Origin: an uncultured delta proteobacterium
Lineage (GTDB): Bacteria > Myxococcota_A > Polyangia > Polyangiales > Polyangiaceae
Assembly (NCBI GenBank): GCA_963841435.1
Contig: CAWJCS010000002.1
Location: 736,001-800,000, forward strand
DNA length: 64,000 bases
Reading direction: 5' to 3'
The notes beneath the pieces were generated by a model. It saw only the letters and a program-made list of their open reading frames with translations. It made no database searches and was not told where the DNA came from. Of the stretch, positions 1-10,379 are shown in pieces. Position numbers and translations under genes: made by a program. Every line of letters begins with the position of its first letter. The stretch's first letter is position 1.

Positions 1-719
1 CGGGGCCACCCGCGGTGCTCCACTGGGAACGTGCCGAGCCCGAGCTGCTCGCGCGGGCCGCGCGCGGCGCTGCGGCGCTCGACAGGATTCAGAACGAGCT
101 CTCGAACGCAACGTTCGTCGACTTTGCGGAACGCGCGCCGCCCGAACAGCGCGAGCTGGCCGAAAGGCTCGCCCGGTTCGTGGACGGCCTTCTCGCACCG
201 CTCGACCCCCCGCGCCGCGCCCGCGAGCGGGTCTGGGCTCGGCGCGCTGCGCGAGCGCTCGCCTTCGTGGCAGCGCTCTTCGCGATTGCCCTGTTGTTCG
301 ACGGCTACGGAAACTGGCGAGCGAGCAAGCTCGATTACGCGAAGCGCGCGCGCTGGACGACGAGCTCGGTCGCACCGTTCGGGGGCTGCGAATCTCCGGA
401 ACAAGATTGCGCCGAGAATCACGGCTTCTTTTTCCACACCTTGGCGGAAGAGAACCCGTTCATCGTGTTCGACCTCGGAGCGAACAAGCGCCTCTCGCGG
501 ATCTGGGTCGAGAACCGGCGCGACTGCTGCGCCGAGCGCGCGCTCCCGCTCGTCGTGCTCTTGGGCACGAGCAAGGACGACCTTCACGAGGTGGCGCGCA
601 GGACGGCCGAGTTTTCCGTCTGGCGCGAGCGCTTCCCGAGCGTTCGCGCGCGCTACGTCAAGCTGATGGTCGAAGGCAACGTCTCGTTGCACCTCGCGGG
701 TGTGCGCATCCTGCCGTGA
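1..719 (+). CDS. Membrane-anchored F-type lectin (FTP/discoidin-like F5/8C) domain protein, probably 5'-truncated by the window edge
   Basis: One TM segment (ALAFVAALFAIALLF), then an exact H-x26-R-x-D-x4-R fucose-binding motif (FHT...NRRDCCAER) and a C-terminal ARYVKL strand; frame is open back to the window start. Confidence 0.75.
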   Translation, partial: GPPAVLHWERAEPELLARAARGAAALDRIQNELSNATFVDFAERAPPEQRELAERLARFVDGLLAPLDPPRRARERVWARRAARALAFVAALFAIALLFDGYGNWRASKLDYAKRARWTTSSVAPFGGCESPEQDCAENHGFFFHTLAEENPFIVFDLGANKRLSRIWVENRRDCCAERALPLVVLLGTSKDDLHEVARRTAEFSVWRERFPSVRARYVKLMVEGNVSLHLAGVRILP

Positions 720-812
720 GGCCCGCCCGACGACGCGCATCCAGCCCGCGGGCCGGGCCGCTGGTGATCGACAGCCCCCCCGGGAGCATTTAGCTCCTCG
801 GAGGTCGAACCC

Positions 813-2435
813 ATGCTGCCTGCACACCGTGGCAAAAAGCTCTGCGCCGGACTGGCCGTCGCCCTGCTCGCCTGTTCGGAGCCCGCATCCAACGGCAAGA
901 ACGGGGCTGCCGGCAGCGGAGGAACGGGGACGGGCGGTGGGAGCGGTGCGACCGCGGCTGGCGGCACCACCGCGGGTGGGACATCTGGGGCTGCTCCCAC
1001 CGGAGGATCCGGGGCGTTGGGCGGTGCTTCCGGAGCGAGCGCCGGGATCGGTGGCGGCGCGGCGGCAAGTGGCGCCGGGACGGGAGGTGCCGGGGACGGC
1101 GGCGCCATGTCGGGCGCCGGCGGCGCCGCGACGGGAGGAGCCGGAGACGGTGGAGCGACTTCGGGGGGTGCAACGGGAGGAGCCGGGGACGCCGGCACGG
1201 GCGGACTAGGTGGAGGCGCTGGCACTGCTGGAGACGGCGGCGGCGGCGCAGGAGCCAGCGGTACGAGCGGGTCCGGCGGCGCAGGGACCGGCGGGAGCAA
1301 CGCTGGCGGGGCGGCCGGGCTCGGTGGCCTCGGCGGCTTCACGGGCACCGCATCGCGACCCGTCCTCACGGCCGCCCAGGCCGCAAACTTCACGATCCTC
1401 GCGTACCTTTCACGAGGCGGCACCGTGACGGCGCCGACCGTCGACAACTGGGACCCCACGACGGGCGTCGGCGACGTGGCGACGTTCACGCCGACCTACA
1501 CGGTGGCGACGAGCGGCGGCACGCACTCGACCGTGCAGGCTGCGGTCACGGCGGCGGTGAGCGCCGGCGGCTCGAATCGCGTCTTCATCCGCGTCATGCC
1601 CGGCACTTACCGCGAAGTCGTGTGCGTCCCATCGAGCGCTCCACCCATCACGCTCTACAGCACGAGCAGCGACGCGAGCCAGACGACCATCGTCTACAAC
1701 CATCTTTCGGGAACGACGGTCAACTCGGTCGTCAACACCTGTTCGACGCCCTCGGGCAACACCTACGGCACGAGCGGGAGCGCCACTTTCGCCGCGTTCG
1801 GCCCGGGTTTCATGATGAAGAACATCACGGTCTCGAACGACGGCGACGAGGCGTCGGTTTCGAGCAGTACCCAGGGCGTCGCGCTGAACACGCGCAACGA
1901 CAAGATGGTGTTCGAGAACGTGCATGTGCTGGGCAATCAAGACACGCTGTCGGTCGGCACCAACAACGTCGCCAACATCATGCGCGCCTACTTCAAGAAC
2001 GCGACGATCGAGGGCGACGTCGACTTCATCTTCGGGCGCGGCACGGCCGTCTTCGACGGTGGGACCATCCGGCTTGCCACGAACCGCCGCACGAACGGCA
2101 ACGCGCTCGCCCCGAGCACCGACGCCCGAAACTCTTACGGCTTCCTCGTCATCGGGGTGACGTTCAGCGCCGCGAGCGGCGCGCAAAGTGCCGGCATGAC
2201 ACTCGGTCGCGCCTGGGACGAAAGCCAGGTCAACGTCGCCACCTACACGACGAACGTCATGTCCGGCGTCTACCCGAACGGCCAGGCCCTCGTGCGCGAT
2301 TCCACGCTCGGCGCCCACGTGAACGGCACGTCGCCCTGGGCCTCGGCCGCCACCACGTCGCGCCCCTTCAGCTCGACGCCGACGGCCACGCTGCCCGCGA
2401 ATCGTCTCTACGAGTACGGCGACACCGGGCCCTGA
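813..2435 (+). CDS. Pectinesterase-family (CE8/YbhC-like) lipoprotein with Gly-rich linker
   Basis: Lipobox LLAC, long G/S/T/A linker, motifs TVQAAV, PGTYRE, GNQDTL, IEGDVDFIFG, LGRAW. Confidence 0.9.
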   Translation: MLPAHRGKKLCAGLAVALLACSEPASNGKNGAAGSGGTGTGGGSGATAAGGTTAGGTSGAAPTGGSGALGGASGASAGIGGGAAASGAGTGGAGDGGAMSGAGGAATGGAGDGGATSGGATGGAGDAGTGGLGGGAGTAGDGGGGAGASGTSGSGGAGTGGSNAGGAAGLGGLGGFTGTASRPVLTAAQAANFTILAYLSRGGTVTAPTVDNWDPTTGVGDVATFTPTYTVATSGGTHSTVQAAVTAAVSAGGSNRVFIRVMPGTYREVVCVPSSAPPITLYSTSSDASQTTIVYNHLSGTTVNSVVNTCSTPSGNTYGTSGSATFAAFGPGFMMKNITVSNDGDEASVSSSTQGVALNTRNDKMVFENVHVLGNQDTLSVGTNNVANIMRAYFKNATIEGDVDFIFGRGTAVFDGGTIRLATNRRTNGNALAPSTDARNSYGFLVIGVTFSAASGAQSAGMTLGRAWDESQVNVATYTTNVMSGVYPNGQALVRDSTLGAHVNGTSPWASAATTSRPFSSTPTATLPANRLYEYGDTGP

Positions 2436-2591
2436 GCCCCTGCCCAGGGCACAGCGCGGCGACCTCTCGGCGGTCGGGTGAGCATCGGCCTCTTTTGGCA
2501 GCCTCGGGGAGAATCGAGCGCGGCGTCCGGCAACACTCCCGAAAAATCGCGCTCCACACGGGCATTCCCTTTTCCGCCGAGTCGCAGCACC

Positions 2592-3587
2592 ATGCGCGCC
2601 ATGTCCCGCCCCGAACGCCCGTTTTCTCTCGCGCTCCTGCTCGTCGCCCTTGGGGGGTGCGGTGGAGAAGCGCAACCCGTGCCCGCCGCGCCGGCAGCAC
2701 CCGCGCCGATCGCCGAGACGACTCCTCCTCTGGCGCCCGTCGTACCGCCCGCGCCTGCGCCCGCGCCTGCGCCTCCCGAGCCGGTCTCGAAGCTTTCGCT
2801 GCAGGTTTTCACGGGCACGCCCGAGGGCTTCCTCGTCACCTCGACGCTCATCGCGGGCGAGAAGAACGCGTTGCTCATCGACGCCGCCTTCACGCTCGCC
2901 GACGCCAAGAAGATCGCCGACAGCGTGAAGGCCTCTGGAAAGGACCTCACGCTCGTCTACGTGACGCACTTTCATCCCGATCACTACTTCGGCTTCCCGG
3001 CGATCCTGGAAGTCTTTCCGAACGCCAAGCTCGTCGCGCTGCCTTCGACCGTGGCTGAGGTGAAGAAGACCTGGGCGGCCAAGGTGAAGCAGTGGAAGCC
3101 CATGTACAAGGGCGCGATCACCTCGAAGCCCGTCATTCCGGAGCCGCTCCCTGCGTCCGTGCTCGGGCTCGAGGGCGAGAAGCTCGAGATCGTGGGTGAC
3201 GTGCAAGGCGACGCCGAGACGAGCTCCTACGTTTGGATCCCCACGCTTCGAACGGTCGTCTGCGGCGACATCGTCTACGACGGCGTCTTCCCCTGGACGG
3301 CGGAGACCACGCCCGAGCAGCGCAGCGCCTGGCTCGGAACGCTGGAGAAAGTTGCCGCGCTGGGAGCAAAGACCGTGGTGCCGGGGCACGAGCAGCCCAA
3401 CGCCAAGCACGATGCCTCGAGCATCGCGTTCACGAAGGGGTACCTCGTCGCGTTCGACGAAGCGCTCGCTGCATCGAAGAACGCCGACGAGCTCCAGACG
3501 GCGCTGAAGGCGAAGTACCCCGACGCCGCGCTCGACGTGATTCTGAAAATCGGCGCCGAGGCCGCCTTCAAGAAGCCGAAGAAGTAG
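2592..3587 (+). CDS. MBL-fold metallo-hydrolase lipoprotein
   Basis: Lipobox LGGC, Pro/Ala linker, THFHPDHYFG, GDIVY and VVPGH motifs; start at 2592 or 2601. Confidence 0.88.
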   Translation: MRAMSRPERPFSLALLLVALGGCGGEAQPVPAAPAAPAPIAETTPPLAPVVPPAPAPAPAPPEPVSKLSLQVFTGTPEGFLVTSTLIAGEKNALLIDAAFTLADAKKIADSVKASGKDLTLVYVTHFHPDHYFGFPAILEVFPNAKLVALPSTVAEVKKTWAAKVKQWKPMYKGAITSKPVIPEPLPASVLGLEGEKLEIVGDVQGDAETSSYVWIPTLRTVVCGDIVYDGVFPWTAETTPEQRSAWLGTLEKVAALGAKTVVPGHEQPNAKHDASSIAFTKGYLVAFDEALAASKNADELQTALKAKYPDAALDVILKIGAEAAFKKPKK

Positions 3588-3590
3588 CGG

Positions 3591-4529
3591 CTACGCCTTC
3601 GACTTCACGAGGTCGCGGACCTTCTTCACGCTGTCGGCGCTCTTCTCGAGCATCGCCTTTTCCTCGGCGGTGAGCTCGACTTGGACGATGCGCTCGATGC
3701 CGCCCGCGCCGATCACGACGGGAACGCCCATGTAGAGGTCCTTATAGCCGTACTCGCCCTCGAGGTAGGCGGCGCAGGGGAGCAAGCGCTTCTGGTCGTA
3801 GAGGTACGCCTCGGCCATTTCGATGGCGCTCGCGGCCGGCGCGAAATACGCGCTCGTGCCCATGAGCGAGACGAGCTCGCCGCCGCCCTTGCGCGTCCGC
3901 TCGATGATCTTGTCGAGCGCGTCCTTGCCGACGAGCTCTCGGACGGGAACGCCGTTGATCGTGCAGGCCGAGAGCACCGGCACCATGTCGTCGCCGTGGC
4001 CGCCGAGCACCATCGTGCGCACGTCCTTGACGCTCGCCTTGGCCTCGCGAGCCAAAAATAGTGACAGGCGCGCGCTGTCGAGCACGCCCGCCATGCCGAC
4101 GACCTTGGCGCGCGGCGCGCCCGTGCGCCGCTTGTACTCGTAGACCATCGCGTCGAGCGGGTTCGAAATCACGATCACGAAAGCGTCGGGGCAGTGCTGC
4201 TTCGCGTTGTCGGCCACGTTGCGGATGATCGGGAGGTTCGTCTCCACGAGGTCGTCGCGCGATTGGCCCGGCTTTCGCGGTATGCCGGCCGTGATGATGA
4301 GCACGTCGGCGCCCGCGAGGTCGGCCCAGTTGGACGTGCCCGAGACGCTGCCGTCGGAGCCCGAGAGCGTGCTCGCCTGCTCGAGATCGAGCGCCTTGCC
4401 CTTGGCGAAATTCTCCTTGGCGGGAATGTCGAAAAGCACAATGTCGCCGAGCTGCTTCGTGAGGGCGAGGTTCGCGAGCTCGCCGCCGATGTTGCCTGCG
4501 CCAATCAGCCCAATCTTCTTTCTTGCCAT
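3591..4529 (-). CDS. mdh: Malate dehydrogenase (LDH-like)
   Basis: IGAGNIG Rossmann motif, TAGIPRKPGQSRDDL, SNPLDAM, LDSAR, GGHGDDM. Confidence 0.96.
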   Translation of the reverse strand: MARKKIGLIGAGNIGGELANLALTKQLGDIVLFDIPAKENFAKGKALDLEQASTLSGSDGSVSGTSNWADLAGADVLIITAGIPRKPGQSRDDLVETNLPIIRNVADNAKQHCPDAFVIVISNPLDAMVYEYKRRTGAPRAKVVGMAGVLDSARLSLFLAREAKASVKDVRTMVLGGHGDDMVPVLSACTINGVPVRELVGKDALDKIIERTRKGGGELVSLMGTSAYFAPAASAIEMAEAYLYDQKRLLPCAAYLEGEYGYKDLYMGVPVVIGAGGIERIVQVELTAEEKAMLEKSADSVKKVRDLVKSKA

Positions 4530-4692
4530 GGCGCGTTCTCCCTACCCCCGCCCAAGGCCGAAGGGAAGGGCCGCCCCCACGAGGCACGTCGCCGCACCTA
4601 CCGCGTGCTCGGCCGGGGCCTGCGCACGTGGACGCCCGAAAAGCGCCGGCTCCGCCGTCGCGGGGGCGCGCGCGCTGGGTTTCGCCACCGCG

Positions 4693-6474
4693 TCACTCTT
4701 CGTCGACGATGCACCCCGAGCGCGCCGCCTTCGCCGCGCCCGGTCCTCGTGCAGACGACATCAGCGGGGCGATGTGGCTCGCCGCCGTGCACGCCTCGTA
4801 GAAGGCCATGCCCTGCGACGGGTTCTGCACGTTGTTCGTCTGTGGCACGACGCCCGGCACGAAGAACGGAAAGCGCTCGAAGTAGGCGCTCCGGTAGTCG
4901 CTCATCCAGGTGTCGAAGCCGGCGTTGGTCGCGTCGAGGACGCCCGTCCGCGCGTAGACCCAGTACGCCGTCACCTCGCGGCAGAAGTTGCACATGCGGT
5001 CGCTCGGGCGGAGCGTGCCGTTGCCGCCGTAGTACGTTGCGTTGTCGTGCGTGCCGTTCATGAGGCACAAGAGCTCCGAGTGGAAGCCGTGCGTCGAGCG
5101 GCCGAAGGCGCCCACGAGCTCGTCGGTAGCTGGATTGATCGCGCCGCCCGAGAGCAGATGCTGCCAGGGGAGGTCGGAGCAGACGTTCGAAGCGACGACG
5201 TTCGACTGCGGCGACGAGCCCTGAGGCGGCGCATTGTCGTCCTCCAGGTACTCGTCGCGCACGGCCGAGAAGGCGTGCGTGAACTCGTGGGCATGGCCCA
5301 TCGCGAAAGCCGTCGCGATGCGCTGCTGGCTGTCGTCGGGGTTCCTGAGCGACGTCGTGAGGCCGCTCAGCCCCGCACGCCCGCTCTGCGGGTCGAAGAT
5401 CAAGAACGCCGCCACGTGGGTGCGAAGGGTGCCGAAGCCGCCGCCCGAAAAGTCCATGGGCGGCACGGGATTGAGCGCGATGGCCGCCCACGTGCGTGCG
5501 GCCGTCTCGCTCGTCGGCGTCGCGAGCGCGCCGTTCGAGACGGGCACGGCGAACGCCGTGTCGCCCTCGTTCGAGTGGGCCGCGGAAGCGCGCGGCAGGT
5601 ACCAGACGACGAACGCCTCGCGATAGTCAGCGTACGGCGGGATCCGGAACACCTCGTCAACCCAGCGATCTATGTCGTTCGCGCGGTTGCCGTCGTGACT
5701 CGATACCGTGTGCAAAACATCGAGATCCGCTGCGGTGTAGCCCTCGGCGAAGAGCAGCACCTGCACGCGCTTTTCGAGCGGCACGGTGGGCACCGGCATG
5801 CCGGTCGAGACGTCCTCGAAGCGGCCGCTGCCGAGCTCTTCGAGCACCCACTCGCCCTCGGGCGTCGCGCTCGCGTCGTTCGACGGCCCGGCCTCGGCGC
5901 CACCGACGACGGCCGTGACGAGGTAGTGATACTCCGTGCCGTTCGTGAGGCCGCGGTGCACCGCCGTCGTGTGCTCTTTCGCTATGTCGAGCGCCGGGTC
6001 GCCGAGCGCGGCGGGGGCGCCGCTCGCATAGTGCACGCGGTACTCTTCCGCGCCAGCCACGGGGTTCCACTCGAGGCCCACGGTCTGGTTGGCGGCGAGC
6101 GCCGTGAGCGTGAGGTCGGCGCTCGAGGCGCCGGCGCTCCCAGCACTGCCCCCGCCGCTGCCGGAAGAACCGCCCGTTGGCGCGCTGCCCGCCGCGCTGC
6201 CACCGGCGCCAGCGGCGTCGCTCCCCGCCGCGCCCGAGCTCGCCGCGCTGCCTGCGGCACCGCTCGTCGTGCCGCCGCTCCCGGTGCCCGCCGCCCCGCC
6301 GCTTCCCGCGCCCCCGCCAGCCGTTCCCGCCGTGCCGCCGATCCCGGCAGTCGCCGCCGACCCGCCGGCGCCCCCGGCCTGACCCGGCGTGGTGCTCGAG
6401 CCGTCGTCGCTCGAGCACGCGGCGAGGGCGACGCCCGCGACGAGCGCCAGGAGGGCGGCTGTGGTCTCGCGCAC
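4693..6474 (-). CDS. Lipoprotein: Gly-rich linker + fibronectin type III + M64-like (IgA peptidase family) zinc metallopeptidase
   Basis: Lipobox LAAC; FN3-like LEWNPVAGAEEYRVHY...GLTNGTEYHYLVTAV; LFAEGYT and HEFTHAFSAVRDEY (HExxH-x5-DEY); C-terminal MCNFCRE. Confidence 0.75.
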   Translation of the reverse strand: MRETTAALLALVAGVALAACSSDDGSSTTPGQAGGAGGSAATAGIGGTAGTAGGGAGSGGAAGTGSGGTTSGAAGSAASSGAAGSDAAGAGGSAAGSAPTGGSSGSGGGSAGSAGASSADLTLTALAANQTVGLEWNPVAGAEEYRVHYASGAPAALGDPALDIAKEHTTAVHRGLTNGTEYHYLVTAVVGGAEAGPSNDASATPEGEWVLEELGSGRFEDVSTGMPVPTVPLEKRVQVLLFAEGYTAADLDVLHTVSSHDGNRANDIDRWVDEVFRIPPYADYREAFVVWYLPRASAAHSNEGDTAFAVPVSNGALATPTSETAARTWAAIALNPVPPMDFSGGGFGTLRTHVAAFLIFDPQSGRAGLSGLTTSLRNPDDSQQRIATAFAMGHAHEFTHAFSAVRDEYLEDDNAPPQGSSPQSNVVASNVCSDLPWQHLLSGGAINPATDELVGAFGRSTHGFHSELLCLMNGTHDNATYYGGNGTLRPSDRMCNFCREVTAYWVYARTGVLDATNAGFDTWMSDYRSAYFERFPFFVPGVVPQTNNVQNPSQGMAFYEACTAASHIAPLMSSARGPGAAKAARSGCIVDEE

Positions 6475-6601
6475 CGAGCCTTAATGATAACCCGATAGCG
6501 CCCGTCGCTGCGGGCGATCGGTCGCGAAAAAAGCTCAGTGTTTTCAGAGCGGTGCGACGAGCTTCAGCCCACGGCACCCCGAGCGCGCGAAAGCCGGCCG
6601 C

Positions 6602-7991
6602 TCACATGTGCTCGATCACGGCACGCCCGAACTCCGAGCACTTCACTTCCTTGGCGCCCTCCATGAGCCGAGCAAAGTCGTACGTCACCGTGCGTGCGCC
6701 GATGGCACCGTCCATCCCCTTGATGACGAGATCGGCGGCCTCGTTCCAGCCGAGGTGACGCAGCATCATCTCACCGCTCAGCGTGACGGAGCCGGGATTC
6801 ACGCGGTCGAGGTTCGCGTACTTCGGCGCGGTGCCGTGCGTCGCTTCGAAGACGGCGTGGCCCGTGTCGTAGTTGATGTTGCCGCCCGGCGCGATACCGA
6901 TGCCACCCACCTGCGCCGCGAGCGCGTCCGACAGGTAGTCGCCGTTGAGGTTGAGCGTCGCGATCACTTCGAAATCCTTGGCGCGCGTCAGCACTTGCTG
7001 GAGCGTGATGTCGGCGATCGAGTCGCGGATCTTGAGCAGCTTCTTCCACTTGCCGCCACCGTGCGTCGGCGCGAGCGCGAGCGCGGCCGTCACCTCGGCG
7101 TGGAGGTCGGCGCGCACGTCGGGCGGAGCCATCTCGTAGCCGGGCTCGACGAGGCGCGCGTTCGCCTCCACGCTGAGGCTCGGATCCTTCTCCTGGTTGT
7201 CGAGGATCCAGCTCTCGCGCTCGGTGACGACCTGGGCGCGGAATTCCCGAGTCGCGAGGGCGTAGCCCCAGTCGCGGAACGCGCCCTCGGTGAACTTCAT
7301 GATGTTGCCCTTGTGCACCAGCGTCACGCTCTTGCGACCCGGCCTTGAGCGCGAAGTTGATCGCCGCGCGCACCAGCCGCTCCGTCCCCTCACGCGATAC
7401 CGGCTTGATGCCGATGCCCGACGTCTCCGGGAAGCGGATCTTCGTCACGCCCATCTCGTTCTGCAAGAAGGCGATCACCTTCTTGGCTTCGGGCGTCTCG
7501 GCGGTCCACTCGATGCCGGCGTAGATGTCCTCGGTGTTCTCACGGAAAATCACCATGTCAACGTCGCCGGGCCGCTTCACGGGGCTCGGCACGTTCGTGA
7601 ACCAGCGCACGGGTCTGAGGCACACGTAAAGGTCGAGCATCTGCCGGAGCGCGACGTTGAGGGAACGGATGCCCTTACCGACGGGTGTCGTCAGCGGACC
7701 CTTGATGCCCACGAGGTACTTTCGGTAGGCGTCCACGGTTTCGTCGGGAAGCCAGCTGTCGAAGAGCTTCTTCGATTTTTCCCCAGCGTACACCTCGTAC
7801 CACTCGAGCTTGCGCTTGCCGCCGTACGCCTTCGCCACCGCAGCATCCAGGATCGCGCTCGAGGCGCGCCAGATGTCGGGCCCCGTCCCGTCGCCCTCGA
7901 TGAACGGCAGGATCGGGTGGTCGGGCACCTCGAGCTTCTCGCCCTGCATGCGGATGGGTTCGCCGGACTGGGGTGGTTTCAAGGACGACAT
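6602..7991 (-). CDS. icd: NADP-dependent isocitrate dehydrogenase, split by one +1 frameshift near 7338-7340
   Basis: The 6771..7991 frame gives [31 protein letters not shown]; the 6602..7393 frame gives [32 protein letters not shown]. Removing one G from a GGG run restores [14 protein letters not shown]. Confidence 0.93.
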
Positions 7992-8242
7992 CGTCCCCCG
8001 CTCTTAGCATCGCTTGCGGCCGGCGGGGAGTGCGCGCGACGACCGAAGCGCGCTGCCTCGCGTGAGAGCGGCTGCTGCGCACGGGCCCACGCGCATCGCT
8101 GATGTGGGCCGGCGCAAGCCTCGACGCGGCCGTCCGGTTTCTGGCCGATTGCGCCCGGATTGGTCCCGAAATTCCGCCGGTCAACGGATGGTCGCGAGCG
8201 CGGCGGGGTGATGGCGCAGGACGCTGGTGTATCGTCCGTCCC

Positions 8243-8893
8243 GTGCGCCTTTTCGTGACGCTCCTTGCCGTGCTGCTGTCGGCGCTCACGGCGTGCGGCA
8301 CGCCGCCCGAGCCGCGCAGCGCTCCGCCCGAGCGCCCGCGCGCGGCCGCGGTAACGCCAGAGCGTGACCCGTGCGCTTCCGGCGACCCGTCAGCGGACGA
8401 CGCGACCAAGCTTGCCTCCTTTCGCGGTCTGCTGCTCGGCGTGCGCTGCCGCGCGGAGCTGTTCGCCGTCATGAAGAAGACCGCGACGGCGCTCGGTGTC
8501 GCGTGCACACACTGCCACGTCGCGGGCAACTACGCGGCCTCGACGCCCCAAAAGAGCATTGCGAACTGGATGGCAGGGTTCGAGCGCGGGCTCCGGCAGC
8601 GCGGCGGTGGCGCCGTTGCGTGCGCCGATTGCCACGCCTACGACGGCAAGCCACACACCAAAATGCTCGGCGAGCCGCGAAGTCGCACGGCATCCGTCGA
8701 ATGGATGACAACCGTGCTCGCCGAGCGTTTCGAGTCGGCGTCGGGCGAGCCGCTCTACTGCCGCTCGTGCCACGTCGGGGGGCTCGGCGAGCCGAGCTTC
8801 GCGCGCACCGTCATCGGGAGCGAGCACGTGCCGCTCCCCCCGGGCCCAGCTCCCGCCTCGATCGATCGCGCCCCCGGAGCGCCGGATGGCTGA
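8243..8893 (+). CDS. Triheme c-type cytochrome lipoprotein
   Basis: Lipobox LTAC; three CxxCH motifs (CTHCH, CADCH, CRSCH), with Met residues upstream of each; GTG start inferred. Confidence 0.8.
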   Translation: MRLFVTLLAVLLSALTACGTPPEPRSAPPERPRAAAVTPERDPCASGDPSADDATKLASFRGLLLGVRCRAELFAVMKKTATALGVACTHCHVAGNYAASTPQKSIANWMAGFERGLRQRGGGAVACADCHAYDGKPHTKMLGEPRSRTASVEWMTTVLAERFESASGEPLYCRSCHVGGLGEPSFARTVIGSEHVPLPPGPAPASIDRAPGAPDG

Positions 8894-8927
8894 CGAAGTC
8901 GACTCCGTGCGCGCCGCGTGAACGCCG

Positions 8928-10379
8928 CTACTGGACCGGCTTTTCGGCCTGTACTTTTTCGAACAACGCGCGCTCTTCCGGCGTCGCTTCCTCGAGCTCG
9001 GGCGGCTCGGAGAAGCGGTCGAGCTTGCGCTCGAGCGATTTGCGATTCACGCCGAGCAGGCGCGCCGCCGCGCTCTTGTTGCCGCTGCACATCTCGATGG
9101 CGTGGTGCAGGATGGCGCGTTCGATGAGATCGAGCTTCGAGCCGATGCGCGACGGCAGCGCGAGGATGGCGCGCGCCATGCGGTCCACCTCGCGCGCGCC
9201 TTCGGTGAGCTGGCCGCCCACGAGCTCCTCGAGCACGGGCACGTCGACGACTTCCTTTTCGGCGAGCAGCGCGAGGCGCTCGACGCCGTTTTTGAGCTCG
9301 CGCACGTTGCCCGGCCAGCGCCGCCGGCGGATCCATTCGACGGCTTCGTCCGTGAAACGGAGCCTGGGCTGAAACTGCGCCGCGAACGAGTGCAAAAGCT
9401 CGATGACGTCGTCCCCGCGGTCCGCGAGCGAAGGCACGGTCACGGCGACCACGTTGAGGCGGTAGAAGAGATCCTCGCGGAACCGCCCCTCCGCGATGCG
9501 CTTCTCCAGGTCGACGTGGGTCGCGGCGATGACGCGCGCCTTGAGCGGCAGCTCGTCCTCGCCTCCGAGCGGGCGAAAGCGCCGGTCCTCGAGCACGCGC
9601 AAGAGCTTTGCCTGCAGCTCGACGGGCATCTCGGCGATCTCGTCGAGCAGCAGCGTGCCGCTGCCGGCGAGCTCGAGCTGCCCGCGCATGCGCTGCACGG
9701 CTCCGGTGAAGGCGCCGCGCTGGTGGCCGAAGATCAACGATTCGATGAGGTTGCCCGGCAACGCAGAGCAGTTCACGGCCAGAAATGGCTGGCTGCTGCG
9801 GTGGCTCGAGTGGTGGATGGCACGGGCCACCATTTCCTTGCCGCTGCCCGTCTCGCCGAGGATGAGCACGGGTGCTTCCGCGTCCGCGACGCGCGCGACG
9901 AGCTTCATGACGCGCTCCATCGGCGGCGAAGTGCCGATGAGCGCCGCCGGGCCGAAGCTGGTGTCGATGTGTTGCTTGAGCCGCACCACCTCGCTCCGCA
10001 GCTGCAGGCGCTCGCGGATGCCTTCGACGATGGGCAGGAGCATCTCGGGGCCGAGCTCGTCCTTGAGCACGTAGTCCTGAGCGCCCTGGCGCATGGCCTC
10101 GCGGATCTCGGCCAGCTCCGTCGAGGCGGTCACCATGACGGCGGGCGTGGAGCGTCCGCTCTCGCGTAGCCAGCGCAAGAAGGAGAGCCCGCCGCGATCG
10201 GTCGGATTGGGCGACAGCCGGATGTCGACGAGGGCGGCATCCGGATTCTGGCTCTCAACGCGCTCCTTCGCTTCCTCGAGGCTGCCGGCCTCCAGAATCT
10301 CGACGTCCTTGAGCTCGCTAAGCAGGTGGCGGAGCACGCGCCGCGCGCTGCGCTGATCGTCGACGAGGAGGATCTTCAT
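8928..10379 (-). CDS. Sigma-54-dependent response regulator (REC-AAA+-Fis HTH, NtrC family)
   Basis: LLVDD...LVDIRL receiver, GETGSGKE, GAFTGA, LLDEI, FREDLFYRLNV, WPGNVREL, GNKSAAARLLG; 4-nt overlap with the kinase stop. Confidence 0.96.
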   Translation of the reverse strand: MKILLVDDQRSARRVLRHLLSELKDVEILEAGSLEEAKERVESQNPDAALVDIRLSPNPTDRGGLSFLRWLRESGRSTPAVMVTASTELAEIREAMRQGAQDYVLKDELGPEMLLPIVEGIRERLQLRSEVVRLKQHIDTSFGPAALIGTSPPMERVMKLVARVADAEAPVLILGETGSGKEMVARAIHHSSHRSSQPFLAVNCSALPGNLIESLIFGHQRGAFTGAVQRMRGQLELAGSGTLLLDEIAEMPVELQAKLLRVLEDRRFRPLGGEDELPLKARVIAATHVDLEKRIAEGRFREDLFYRLNVVAVTVPSLADRGDDVIELLHSFAAQFQPRLRFTDEAVEWIRRRRWPGNVRELKNGVERLALLAEKEVVDVPVLEELVGGQLTEGAREVDRMARAILALPSRIGSKLDLIERAILHHAIEMCSGNKSAAARLLGVNRKSLERKLDRFSEPPELEEATPEERALFEKVQAEKPVQ

